52,425 nt of DNA from a virus (Duplodnaviria; Caudoviricetes). Below the pieces are notes generated by a model, which saw only the letters and a program-made list of their open reading frames with translations, was not told where the DNA came from and searched no databases. The position numbers and the translations under genes are program-made. Each line of letters starts with the position of its first letter. The stretch's first letter is position 1. The stretch is taken from the IMG/VR virus record IMGVR_UViG_3300025000_000136, positions 1-52,425 of that record. The stretch is one strand, 5' to 3'. Below, piece by piece: positions 20,088-27,994 of this stretch.

Positions 20088-20663
20088 TTATAATTTAAAA
20101 CATAAAACATTCTTTGGCCTCAAACTATCTTCATCCATATTCCATACTCTACGTCCTGACCAACTATCTTTTGATACAGTCCAATCATTTACATCATTAA
20201 CTCTTTTACAAGTAAACCCTTTTGTTACCCCTACTTGTTTCCAACCTGCTCGAAGATATAAATCTCCTTTACGTGGTAATTCTACAAGAGTTTCGAATCC
20301 TATACAATGATCTCCATATTTATTAAACCAATCAGTAGAAGATCTTTTTATGAATACTTTTAATACAGATGAAGTAAAATTCCTAATAGGATAAGAACCA
20401 TTAATTGGAGAAATATTATAAAAGATATTATTTATTACTTTGTTTATATCTTTTAAGCTTACTCCTAAAAAACTGTTTCTCCCAGGAAGATATCGAGTTG
20501 CAGATCCGGCTACAATATGCCCATAATATAAATCATTATAATATATTGCATAGCAAATATTTCTTCCAACAAATCCTTTAGGTTGAGAATAATGATTTTT
20601 CATTCGTTCTAAGAGTCTTTTATCAGTTCTCTTAGTTTTCTTTAAAATGATTTCATTCTCCAT
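20088..20663 (-). CDS. Mom/DUF4338 (DruA)-like putative DNA-modifying protein
   Basis: N-terminal HYS....VGRNICY and C-terminal ETLVE.PRKGDLYLRAGWKQVGVTKG resemble the G..Y.A.(N/G)W...G.T.G motif of Mom-like/DUF4338 proteins; AT-rich. Confidence 0.6.
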   Translation of the reverse strand: MENEIILKKTKRTDKRLLERMKNHYSQPKGFVGRNICYAIYYNDLYYGHIVAGSATRYLPGRNSFLGVSLKDINKVINNIFYNISPINGSYPIRNFTSSVLKVFIKRSSTDWFNKYGDHCIGFETLVELPRKGDLYLRAGWKQVGVTKGFTCKRVNDVNDWTVSKDSWSGRRVWNMDEDSLRPKNVLCFKL

Positions 20664-20669
20664 AATAAT

Positions 20670-20960
20670 CTAATTTAAGTTTTGAAACTGCATTCTGATT
20701 GCCTCTATTTGATCTGCCGAAAGCTTGCCAAGCATTTCTGTAGCAGCCTTAGTCGGATCAGCTAGCATCTTCTTGCCTCGCTTTGTCCCTGAGTTCTTGG
20801 AAATGTTTTTCATTGCAGACTTGGTTATCTGCTGAGATTTTACTAAAGCTGCATTCAGTGCGCTTGTTCTCATGGTGCGGACTTTTTCAATTATTCTTGC
20901 TTGCTCTGGGTAAGACATTTCTAAGAAGGAACGAGTATAAATGCGATCCATTAGTGGCAT
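20670..20960 (-). CDS. Hypothetical basic protein
   Basis: 96 aa with GGAG RBS; C-terminal motif shared with three other ORFs (see findings). Confidence 0.65.
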   Translation of the reverse strand: MPLMDRIYTRSFLEMSYPEQARIIEKVRTMRTSALNAALVKSQQITKSAMKNISKNSGTKRGKKMLADPTKAATEMLGKLSADQIEAIRMQFQNLN

Positions 20961-20962
20961 GG

Positions 20963-21349
20963 TTAGGCTCCGTCATTAGATGTGTATTTTACTTCTCCAT
21001 TATCTTTATTTTGATTCCAATCTCTTTTTAAAACTTGTTGAATAGTTTGATTAATGGCACTAGATACTGTAACTTTATTAAGAGTCATTAATTGAGATCC
21101 ATAAATAAAAACATCTCCGAAACCATCAGCTATGAGATCTTTATCAATACCATCTTTACCTTCACGTATTCTTTGAGTACCCTTTAAGATTGCATGAGCT
21201 ATCTCTCCAACTTCTTCACACATACCTAAAGCCATTTGAAGATTACATATCATTATGACTAAATCTTCTTTAGATAGTTTTAATAAGTCTTCAGTTGGAA
21301 AGTTCTTATTTTGCCAATCTGCTAGTTCTCGTTGTTTTGTAATGATCAT
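20963..21349 (-). CDS. MazG-like nucleotide pyrophosphohydrolase
   Basis: EEVGEIA...DGFGDVFIY acidic motifs of all-alpha NTP pyrophosphatases. Confidence 0.8.
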   Translation of the reverse strand: MIITKQRELADWQNKNFPTEDLLKLSKEDLVIMICNLQMALGMCEEVGEIAHAILKGTQRIREGKDGIDKDLIADGFGDVFIYGSQLMTLNKVTVSSAINQTIQQVLKRDWNQNKDNGEVKYTSNDGA

Positions 21350-21351
21350 AT

Positions 21352-21561
21352 CTATTCCTCAATTCCAGGCAGAGTTAATGGTTTGCCCTTATACATATAG
21401 TCCAGGACTTCATTGAACTTTCCTCCCAAGATTATGCTTTTCAGCGAGAGAAAGATTTGCCGAAATAGCTTTGTCTGCTGCCCATGGTGAAAGTGTTCCT
21501 GGACTTGATCATACAAGTCTTTGTCAATACGAGCTGTTACTTTACATTCAAATGGTTCCAT
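21352..21561 (-). CDS. Small ribbon-helix-helix-like hypothetical protein
   Basis: Likely start MEPF at 21561 (AAGGA RBS); KVTARIDKDLYDQV strand-helix pattern. Confidence 0.45.
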   Translation of the reverse strand: MEPFECKVTARIDKDLYDQVQEHFHHGQQTKLFRQIFLSLKSIILGGKFNEVLDYMYKGKPLTLPGIEE

Positions 21562-21577
21562 TTTAGTTCCTTGAGGG

Positions 21578-23419
21578 TTAATTGTTATTATCTCTAGCAA
21601 ATAATTCTTTTTCTAATAATGCAAAAAGTTGTTCCTCAGTTATTTGAGGAATGTTATAGCGTATGGCTTTTTCGATCTTGTTTCTACCAGGATCGTCTCC
21701 GACTACAAGATAGTTTGTTTCTCTCGTTACTCCAGCAGAAAATTCATAGCCGTAACCGTTTAAGATTTCGATCATAGCTTCTCTGGATTGGCTTAATGAT
21801 CCGGTTATGCAATAAATGGCTTTTGCCTCAGTAGGGAGTGGAGCAAATGAAAAGTTTTTCATCTCCGTAATAGCGTTAGTGTAAATACTCGCTGCGGTTA
21901 CAAAACTTTGTTTGGCCCGCTCGGTTATGTGGATGTTGATTTCGCCAGTCTTAAGATATTGGCACAGCCGAAGAGCTGACTTATATGCTAATCCTGGCAA
22001 GCCTAATCCTGAAACAAAGTGTGCCATGTGGCATTGATTGTTCATTGAGAATACTTGCTCAGCGATGTTGCTATAAATGGTTACTCCAATCTCATTTATT
22101 ATGTCCGGTACGATGTCGTAGCTAAGTGGATCGAGTAAGGCCCAGGGCTTGGTTGATAACACAGAATAACATTTCTCATTCTGAAGAAGTTTTTCTATAA
22201 TACCTTCACCAACACCGTCGATCTTGATGCCTTTTTGAGAGTAGAAATATGCAATGGATACTATGAGTTTGGCGATGCAAGTCGGTCCATTACAGACTAA
22301 GTGAACACCTTCCCATTGAAGAGGCTCATGACATTTTGGACAATGTTCAGGTAAATGACCATAAACAAATGGTTTATCCTCAGGAATATTTATTCCATCA
22401 TTTCTTAATTTAATTTTAAGTTTATTAAGCCATTCATCATTATCAACATCAATTATCTTTGGTATAATTTCTCCTGCTTTACCAATAGTTATTATAGAAT
22501 CAATAACAATCTGTTTATCTTTAATCCATTGAGCATTATTTCCAGTTACACGGTTATTAGTAGTGCCACAAAGTTCAATTGGTTCATATACAACTGTAGG
22601 TATTGCCCTGCCGAGCCTACTTATATTCCATTCAATATCAACCACTTTGGTTTCTTTAACTTGGATTGGTGGTTTCCAGGCGATGCTCCAGTTATTGGTC
22701 TGTCCATTATTACCTGCAACTAGGCGAACTTTCTCATCAGCCACCTTAATCATCAGTCCATCCATCGGATAGATTTTTGACCAGTTGCTGTATGTCTCAA
22801 GCAAAAATTCTCCCATAGCTTCAAGGCTACCGGAGTAGGTATAGTCAGTGAATAGTTCGCCATAATTATGTGGTATGGCTGTCATCATGGCACTTGGCTT
22901 ATCATATTTGCGAGCTAACCATCCTGCCACTACATTGCGAGGATTGGCTCCATAGTCTGGATTCCACTCGTTCAAAGGTATGAGAATTTCTACTGCTTGA
23001 AAGTGCCTCAGCTGAAAGGGAAACTTGATGTATGGAATCATGTGAGATATGTCAGCTCCACATCGTCCATCTCCTTCAAGGGTTAGTGCAATTCCCGAGT
23101 CTGTGAGGGTTACAACTGCTGCACAGCCATCATATTTTGGCTCGATCTTAAGCACGTAAGAGCCAAACCTTGTAAGGAATGGCTTGAGGTCGATCATATT
23201 GAAGGCTTTGTTTGTCCCAAATATTGGATGTTTGTGCCAGGTTTTGCCTGTCAAGGCTGCTCGGTTTTGAGCGGTATGGTAAAGGAGATTGTTATGTGGA
23301 TCAATAGCGTACAGTTGTTGCCAAAGCAAATCATATTCACTGTCTGTCATGAATGGTATGCCAGAAGCATAGGCCATATTTGCCTGGATGATTTCTTTGA
23401 TTAGTTGGCCTCTTGTCAT
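21578..23419 (-). CDS. ligA: NAD-dependent DNA ligase
   Basis: Domain Ia TDSEYD, motif I KYDG, NPRN, DGLMIK, AWK, KAGEIIPKI, C4 Zn finger, C-terminal BRCT (CITGSL...TNYLVVG...KIEKA). Confidence 0.92.
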   Translation of the reverse strand: MTRGQLIKEIIQANMAYASGIPFMTDSEYDLLWQQLYAIDPHNNLLYHTAQNRAALTGKTWHKHPIFGTNKAFNMIDLKPFLTRFGSYVLKIEPKYDGCAAVVTLTDSGIALTLEGDGRCGADISHMIPYIKFPFQLRHFQAVEILIPLNEWNPDYGANPRNVVAGWLARKYDKPSAMMTAIPHNYGELFTDYTYSGSLEAMGEFLLETYSNWSKIYPMDGLMIKVADEKVRLVAGNNGQTNNWSIAWKPPIQVKETKVVDIEWNISRLGRAIPTVVYEPIELCGTTNNRVTGNNAQWIKDKQIVIDSIITIGKAGEIIPKIIDVDNDEWLNKLKIKLRNDGINIPEDKPFVYGHLPEHCPKCHEPLQWEGVHLVCNGPTCIAKLIVSIAYFYSQKGIKIDGVGEGIIEKLLQNEKCYSVLSTKPWALLDPLSYDIVPDIINEIGVTIYSNIAEQVFSMNNQCHMAHFVSGLGLPGLAYKSALRLCQYLKTGEINIHITERAKQSFVTAASIYTNAITEMKNFSFAPLPTEAKAIYCITGSLSQSREAMIEILNGYGYEFSAGVTRETNYLVVGDDPGRNKIEKAIRYNIPQITEEQLFALLEKELFARDNNN

Positions 23420-23472
23420 TTTAATCTCCTTGAGATTGGAAAACTCTTTCCTAATTACTCTATGTTACAAAG

Positions 23473-23622
23473 TTATTAACTTAAATCAGGATGGCCAGGT
23501 CGCTCATTAGATGTCATTTCCATGGATATTACCACCTCTTAGGCTACGGTCCCGCTGTCATCCGTTACTAAAGGTTATTAGCCTTTTAAATGCCCTCGCT
23601 GCATCCTGATTTAAGGTAATAA
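23473..23622. ncRNA. Candidate structured non-coding RNA closed by a 21-bp stem
   Basis: 23473-23493 pairs with 23602-23622 (1 mismatch), enclosing 108 nt with several small hairpins; intergenic; family not recognised. Confidence 0.55.
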
Positions 23623-23628
23623 TTAAAG

Positions 23629-23683
23629 TTGCCGTTCACTAATGGGGAACCTTTTAGTTTGGTTGTTCAATAGTGAACGGCAA
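23629..23683 (-). terminator. Hairpin downstream of the SSB-like gene (terminator or processing site)
   Basis: Perfect 13-bp inverted repeat TTGCCGTTCACTA/TAGTGAACGGCAA followed by CTTTAATT on the - strand. Confidence 0.6.
23665..23678. promoter_or_regulatory. GTTCA-N4-TGAAC palindrome, copy 1
   Basis: GTTCAATAGTGAAC; the same palindrome occurs at 36024, 40537 and 49697. Confidence 0.5.
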
Positions 23684-23702
23684 GTTTTGCTTAATTAACT
23701 CT

Positions 23703-24125
23703 TTATACTACACGAACTATTTCATTCCTCGGTGCTCCAATCTTAATCGGATTACCTTCATCGTCAGTACTCATGCCATCGTTATAATTGAGTTCTGCAG
23801 TAAACTCCAGGCCAACCAGATCAGACTCGTCAGTTTCCTGGTCTGGATCTAAGCCAAGTGCGCGAAGGAAATCTTTCACCATCCTCCACATGAGGTTGTT
23901 CTTCTCTTCATCATCGCCCTGATAGTCTTTGTAATTGCCATACCAGAGAGTATGAAAGATCGTAGATGCGTTGTCTTCGCCATCGATGTTGATAATGAGC
24001 TGGCATCCATATCGACCAGTTCGCTGAGACTTGGTTTCTTTGACCTTGGTGATGCGGAGGTCATATTCGCCAGCTTCTACGGGTGCCTTGTCAGGGATTT
24101 CGGAAAGATTAGGAATCATTGCCAT
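23703..24125 (-). CDS. Putative single-stranded DNA-binding protein (DUF669-like)
   Basis: PVEAGEYDLRITKVKETKS..G pattern, acidic C-terminus, RNEI; lies downstream of a Sak4-like ATPase and exonuclease (recombination cassette). Confidence 0.65.
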   Translation of the reverse strand: MAMIPNLSEIPDKAPVEAGEYDLRITKVKETKSQRTGRYGCQLIINIDGEDNASTIFHTLWYGNYKDYQGDDEEKNNLMWRMVKDFLRALGLDPDQETDESDLVGLEFTAELNYNDGMSTDDEGNPIKIGAPRNEIVRVV

Positions 24126-24137
24126 GGTATTGCTCCT

Positions 24138-24218
24138 TGTTTAGTTTGTTTTGGTTTGGTTCGATTGATTTGTTTTAGTTTGATTTGGTTTATTTGTTTG
24201 TTTGTTTGTTTTTGTTTT
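24138..24218 (-). repeat. Low-complexity CAAA-type repeat leader
   Basis: mRNA-sense AAAACAAAAACAAACAAACAAACAAATAAACCAAATCAAACT... directly abutting the AAGGAG RBS of the SSB-like gene; a single G in about 80 nt. Confidence 0.8.
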
Positions 24219-24233
24219 CCTCCTTGACTTTGA

Positions 24234-24413
24234 TTATTCAGCATCAGTAATGCTTTTACTCTTAACAGTTACTACAAGATCAAGATCATTTTCTGGTCTT
24301 GATGAGGCAGAGCTAAGAAGTTCATTTATAAACCGCTCAGGGTCTATATGATTATCATCAATTTCAAAACAGATAATGTAAGGATAACTTTTTGGTTTGA
24401 ATCCGATCTTCAT
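24234..24413 (-). CDS. Small hypothetical protein (59 aa, MKIGFKPKSYPY...)
   Basis: Read by eye; AAAGGAG RBS. Confidence 0.6.
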   Translation of the reverse strand: MKIGFKPKSYPYIICFEIDDNHIDPERFINELLSSASSRPENDLDLVVTVKSKSITDAE

Positions 24414-24430
24414 AATTAAAACTCCTTTAA

Positions 24431-24487
24431 TTACGCTGAGATTGATTGTGGAATAACAGTTTTGCCAGCCAAATATGCTGTGGCAAG
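24431..24487 (-). pseudogene. Orphaned duplicate 3' end of the ATPase gene
   Basis: Translates LATAYLAGKTVIPQSISA*, versus the ATPase C-terminus LAKAYLAGKTIIPQGI*. Confidence 0.85.
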
Positions 24488-24505
24488 CTACTTAAAAACA
24501 ATAAT

Positions 24506-25003
24506 TTACACTTCAACCCAGCCCCATTGATCTCCTTTTTTAATATGGGTAATAGTTGAGGCATCTACATCGTATAAAATAGATAACTTTTTTGTTAATC
24601 CTCTTTTATTTTTGTACTTTAACATCCATTTAATTACTTTTACTGCTTCTATATTTAATTTTTGGTGCCCTTGCCTATTATTTTTTACTGAGTCAATAGA
24701 ATTATCATAATGAGTACCAAGAATTAAATGCTTAGGATTTATACATGAAGGATTGTCACATGTATGACGAACTATCTTATTTAAAGGAATGAGTCCATTG
24801 AAAATTAAATAAGATAGTCTATGAACTAAATACATCTTACCACCCCATTTAAGCTGTCGATAATCTGGATTTTTATTTTCTGCTCTCCAATACCAACATT
24901 TATCATTATAAGAAGTGGTAAAGTACTTCTTTGGCACTCTAGATAAAAAACGTTTCTTTAACTCTATAAAACTATCAAAACTTCTAATATCTAGATTTTT
25001 CAT
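24506..25003 (-). mobile_element. Free-standing HNH homing endonuclease
   Basis: CWYW, HRLSY, HTCDNPSCINPKHL.LGT..DN and a C-terminal HTH; AT-rich relative to neighbours. Confidence 0.9.
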
Positions 25004-25004
25004 A

Positions 25005-25823
25005 CTAAATTCCTTGAGGAATTATTGTTTTTCCGGCAAGATATGCTTTGGCTAAATCATCCATTGTAACTCCTTCAACCTTTGGCATATCAAAAACCCT
25101 GGACTTAGCCTCGAATGCTAGTTTTTCTGTAAAGAAGATTTGCCTCTTAGTGCCTTGAGTTGTCAACAGGTAGGCTTCATCAAAATCTGCTGCAAGCAAC
25201 TGACGAAATTGACCGTTGACTGCTGGATACCTTGCAACTACTTCTTGATCAGAATTCATAAGTGTATGAAGATGGACAGTTACAGATACAGCGCATGGAA
25301 GTTCCTGGAGAGAACTAACAAGAGTTGTCATCCAGTTCAGCAGTTGGCCCCAATGAGCAGGTGCCATACCCAGTTTCATGTCAATCTTCTTTCCAATACC
25401 AGACGGTGTAATGCCTGACTTTTTCTCAATCTCATGAATCGCTTTCTTGTTAGCGTTAGTCAAGCTGTCCAACACTAACATTCCGCTTTGTTCCTTCAGC
25501 CATTCAAAAAGCCCATTCTTTTCATCTTCCTGGAAAGTGCGCCAGAAATCTGAAAATAACATATCATCATGAGAAAAGTTATCCAGAGTAATATCACTTC
25601 GATTCTTAGATATCTTCTCAATGGTCTTTTCACCTCCTTTGTCAAACATGTAGTAGTGCAAAGGTCCCTTGGTATAGGTGGCTGTGAGGTGGGTCTTGCC
25701 AGATCCGGAATTACCCGCAAGCAGAAATTTTAGATCAAAGATTCGCTTACGTTCAATTAGTTTTGCTTTGTGAAACTTTGTTGTATCAACAGATGGTGTT
25801 GATGCTGGGTCAGGTATGCTCAT
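25005..25823 (-). CDS. AAA_24/Sak4-like ATPase (phage recombinase-type)
   Basis: Walker A GNSGSGKT, Walker B LVLDSLT, FEAKSR; between an exonuclease and an SSB-like gene. Confidence 0.8.
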   Translation of the reverse strand: MSIPDPASTPSVDTTKFHKAKLIERKRIFDLKFLLAGNSGSGKTHLTATYTKGPLHYYMFDKGGEKTIEKISKNRSDITLDNFSHDDMLFSDFWRTFQEDEKNGLFEWLKEQSGMLVLDSLTNANKKAIHEIEKKSGITPSGIGKKIDMKLGMAPAHWGQLLNWMTTLVSSLQELPCAVSVTVHLHTLMNSDQEVVARYPAVNGQFRQLLAADFDEAYLLTTQGTKRQIFFTEKLAFEAKSRVFDMPKVEGVTMDDLAKAYLAGKTIIPQGI

Positions 25824-25849
25824 TTAAAACTCCTTTAAATGAATTAATC

Positions 25850-26821
25850 TTAGACTTCAGTCAGTCTCTTCTTTGTTCTTTCCTCGTGAAGCTCCGGGTC
25901 CCATTCGGAATGCATGAAACCTTGAGGAGCCTTTTCCAGCCAGTGCAACGGATTATTGCGAAGTCTGCAAAGATCGTAATAAGAACAAATTGAGCTGAAC
26001 GTAGTGCAGGCATAGCCTGGATTGCGGTGAAAAGATTGCAAGATGTCTGTTCGTTCAGTACAGTTAATCTTGTCTTCTTCGAGAAGGTTTAGGTTAGTCT
26101 GAATTTCTGCTGCATAATGACAAAGATTAGACAGGAAGTGTTCGATTGCAGCAGAGCGTTTAGTGATAGTTATTGGTACAAAATCAATTTTGCTTTTCTG
26201 ACAAAGAGCTATTCGGTATGTAATTGTGGGGATTTTATCATAAAAAATTCGTCCAGCAGTTAAGTAACCATCGGATTGGAATGACATTTCAAAGGTTTGG
26301 GGTGTAGTAGAGTAGATAGCTTTCGCTGTTTTGTGGTCAAGAATATCAATCCCGTCTGCTCCATTGGAAAAGATCAGGTCTATGCGACCAATATAATTTG
26401 GAAGCTTTGCATCTTTGGTTGATAGATCAATAGAGAAAGGTGCTTCAACTGCAAGGATCGAACGATCTTTTATGTCACTGGTAAGGAAGCGGTCCCAATA
26501 TGCTTTATACATATTAGCAGCATGGCCTGGACTCTTGGGGAAGATTGCATCCTCGTTTTTCCAGTAAGGCTCGCCGTCGAGCTTCCAGAGTTTGTTAAAG
26601 CTCTTGATTGAATGTTCTGTTGCTTCGAGAACAGACAGAGATTGTTTGTCTTTCAGAAGGTTGTACGTAGATTCCAGCCCGTAATGCCAACATGAGCCGA
26701 AGACAAGATGGATTGATTGGCCCGCAGGCTTGAGGTTCAGCACATACTGAAACAAGAATCGCCTGGGGCAAGTTAGATAAGTTGATAAGGCTGAGTAATC
26801 GATCTTTTCATGAAAATTCAT
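25850..26821 (-). CDS. PD-(D/E)XK Cas4/RecB-like exonuclease
   Basis: YS.L.TYLTCPR, FGSCWH, E....., GRIDL, DHKT, Q..GY and C-terminal C..C..C (4-Cys Fe-S pattern). Confidence 0.88.
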   Translation of the reverse strand: MNFHEKIDYSALSTYLTCPRRFLFQYVLNLKPAGQSIHLVFGSCWHYGLESTYNLLKDKQSLSVLEATEHSIKSFNKLWKLDGEPYWKNEDAIFPKSPGHAANMYKAYWDRFLTSDIKDRSILAVEAPFSIDLSTKDAKLPNYIGRIDLIFSNGADGIDILDHKTAKAIYSTTPQTFEMSFQSDGYLTAGRIFYDKIPTITYRIALCQKSKIDFVPITITKRSAAIEHFLSNLCHYAAEIQTNLNLLEEDKINCTERTDILQSFHRNPGYACTTFSSICSYYDLCRLRNNPLHWLEKAPQGFMHSEWDPELHEERTKKRLTEV

Positions 26822-26861
26822 TTGAGAAACCTCTCGTTGAATTTTATTCAGGTTGATTTAA

Positions 26862-27155
26862 CTAAATGCGCGTATCTTTATAATGCTTTCTTAATGTTTC
26901 ACAAGCTTTTTTGAGTTCACTAGGGGTGAAATAGCCTGTCACACCAGCAGCCTTCATGAGTTTACTAGAATCAGTTAAGTTATTAATTAATCTATATCCA
27001 AGTTTTATAATATATAATGCTATACATGACCAAATAAAACCAAACAAATAAGTAGCTCCATAAGTTACTGCGAGCCACCACATAAATGCTTCCTTGGAGT
27101 TTGTTCCAAGTTCATTTAGTGTACTGATAATGAGATTAAGATTTTCAATATCCAT
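26862..27155 (-). CDS. AT-rich membrane protein (moron-like)
   Basis: 97 aa with a hydrophobic core; flanked by a duplicated translation-initiation segment. Confidence 0.6.
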   Translation of the reverse strand: MDIENLNLIISTLNELGTNSKEAFMWWLAVTYGATYLFGFIWSCIALYIIKLGYRLINNLTDSSKLMKAAGVTGYFTPSELKKACETLRKHYKDTRI

Positions 27156-27187
27156 TTGAGAAAGCCTCTTATGGAATTTAACAAGGC

Positions 27188-27352
27188 GCCGATTCTAACA
27201 TCGTCATGTTAGCGATACCTGTCAATTCAGGTCAGATGGTGCGCATGGAACTTCTATCCAATGCGTTCCCGGCATAAAAGAGTTGAAGGTTAAAAGAATT
27301 GCTGGGCTTCCACCAGCTCCCACTTCGCTTTATCGTCTGCGTGTCCAAGACG
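27188..27352 (-). ncRNA. Candidate structured intergenic RNA(s)
   Basis: Four-way junction (GCCG/CGGC closing CTAACAT/ATGTTAG, ACCTG/CAGGT and GCGCATGGA/TCCAATGCGT) plus two further hairpins at 27301-27352. Confidence 0.45.
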
Positions 27353-27360
27353 TTCAGGCA

Positions 27361-27723
27361 TTACCGATTGTTGAACTGCGCCAGAATTGCATCCCTGACT
27401 TCCGGAGGCAGATTGCCGAGGGCTTCAAGAGCTTTCTCTTCAGGCGTCTTCGTGATCCTCAGGGTCGGTTTCCAATCGCTGAAGTCCTCAGCCAAGATAG
27501 CGTCATCGGCATTGCTGAATTCGCCGTTATCGTCTTTTTCTTCCAACTTACGGCGAACAACTGCGCGGAAGCTGACCTTGAGTTGGTTCTTGATCATGTT
27601 GAGGGCCAGGTCGTCTCCAAGGGACTGGACCATCTCTTCAACAGTGCCGAGGTTCAAAACTGCCGGCTCGGTAACGGTGATCTCACGATTTGCCTGATTG
27701 GACACTACTTTGATCATGGACAT
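27361..27723 (-). CDS. Hypothetical protein
   Basis: 120 aa with AGGAG RBS; first long ORF after the 27949-27977 promoter; shared C-terminal motif. Confidence 0.75.
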   Translation of the reverse strand: MSMIKVVSNQANREITVTEPAVLNLGTVEEMVQSLGDDLALNMIKNQLKVSFRAVVRRKLEEKDDNGEFSNADDAILAEDFSDWKPTLRITKTPEEKALEALGNLPPEVRDAILAQFNNR

Positions 27724-27948
27724 GTTTGATTCTCCTAATTAGGGTGGTTGGTAAATGGGCCTTATGCCCAACAAGTGATACAACTAAAACTGATTTTGAT
27801 CTTACTAACAGGTACAAAAAGTTTCAGGTAGCTTACAGATAAGTTTTGGTTTCCTTGGCCTCCTTTGGTATGTTTAGTAGTTTGAGCCTATCTACTGATA
27901 GATGGCTTTTTTGGGCTTTTCATGGCTTTTGCCGTTGAATGTCCCCCC

Positions 27949-27977
27949 ACTATAGACGAAAAAGGCCCCGTTGTCAA
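27949..27977 (-). promoter_or_regulatory. Strong sigma70-type promoter
   Basis: TTGACA-17 bp-TATAGT with an A-rich upstream region. Confidence 0.8.
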
Positions 27978-27994
27978 CAACTCTTTTCACTTTT

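Noticed and set aside
20088-20663. Druantia defence system
   Set aside because: Only a short DUF4338/Mom-like ORF; no DruE-type large helicase or other dru genes adjacent.
23473-23622. Retron msr-msd or hammerhead ribozyme
   Set aside because: No reverse transcriptase in the window. The CTAATGAG and GAAA on the - strand could not be arranged by eye into the three-stem hammerhead core.
24431-25060. Group I intron carrying the HNH gene
   Set aside because: The HNH starts 1 nt after the ATPase stop and ends 18 nt before the duplicate segment, leaving no space for a catalytic core; the upstream copy already has a complete C-terminus.
25850-26821. CRISPR-Cas system (Cas4-like gene)
   Set aside because: No repeat-spacer array or other cas genes; context is a phage exonuclease-ATPase-SSB recombination cassette.
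27188-27352. tRNA gene
   Set aside because: Cloverleaf-like, but lacks a 7-bp acceptor stem, TTC T-loop, D-loop GG and CCA.
27283-27729. + strand ORFs of 148 and 132 aa
   Set aside because: Antisense shadows of the RBS-bearing - strand gene 27361..27723; no RBS or motif.
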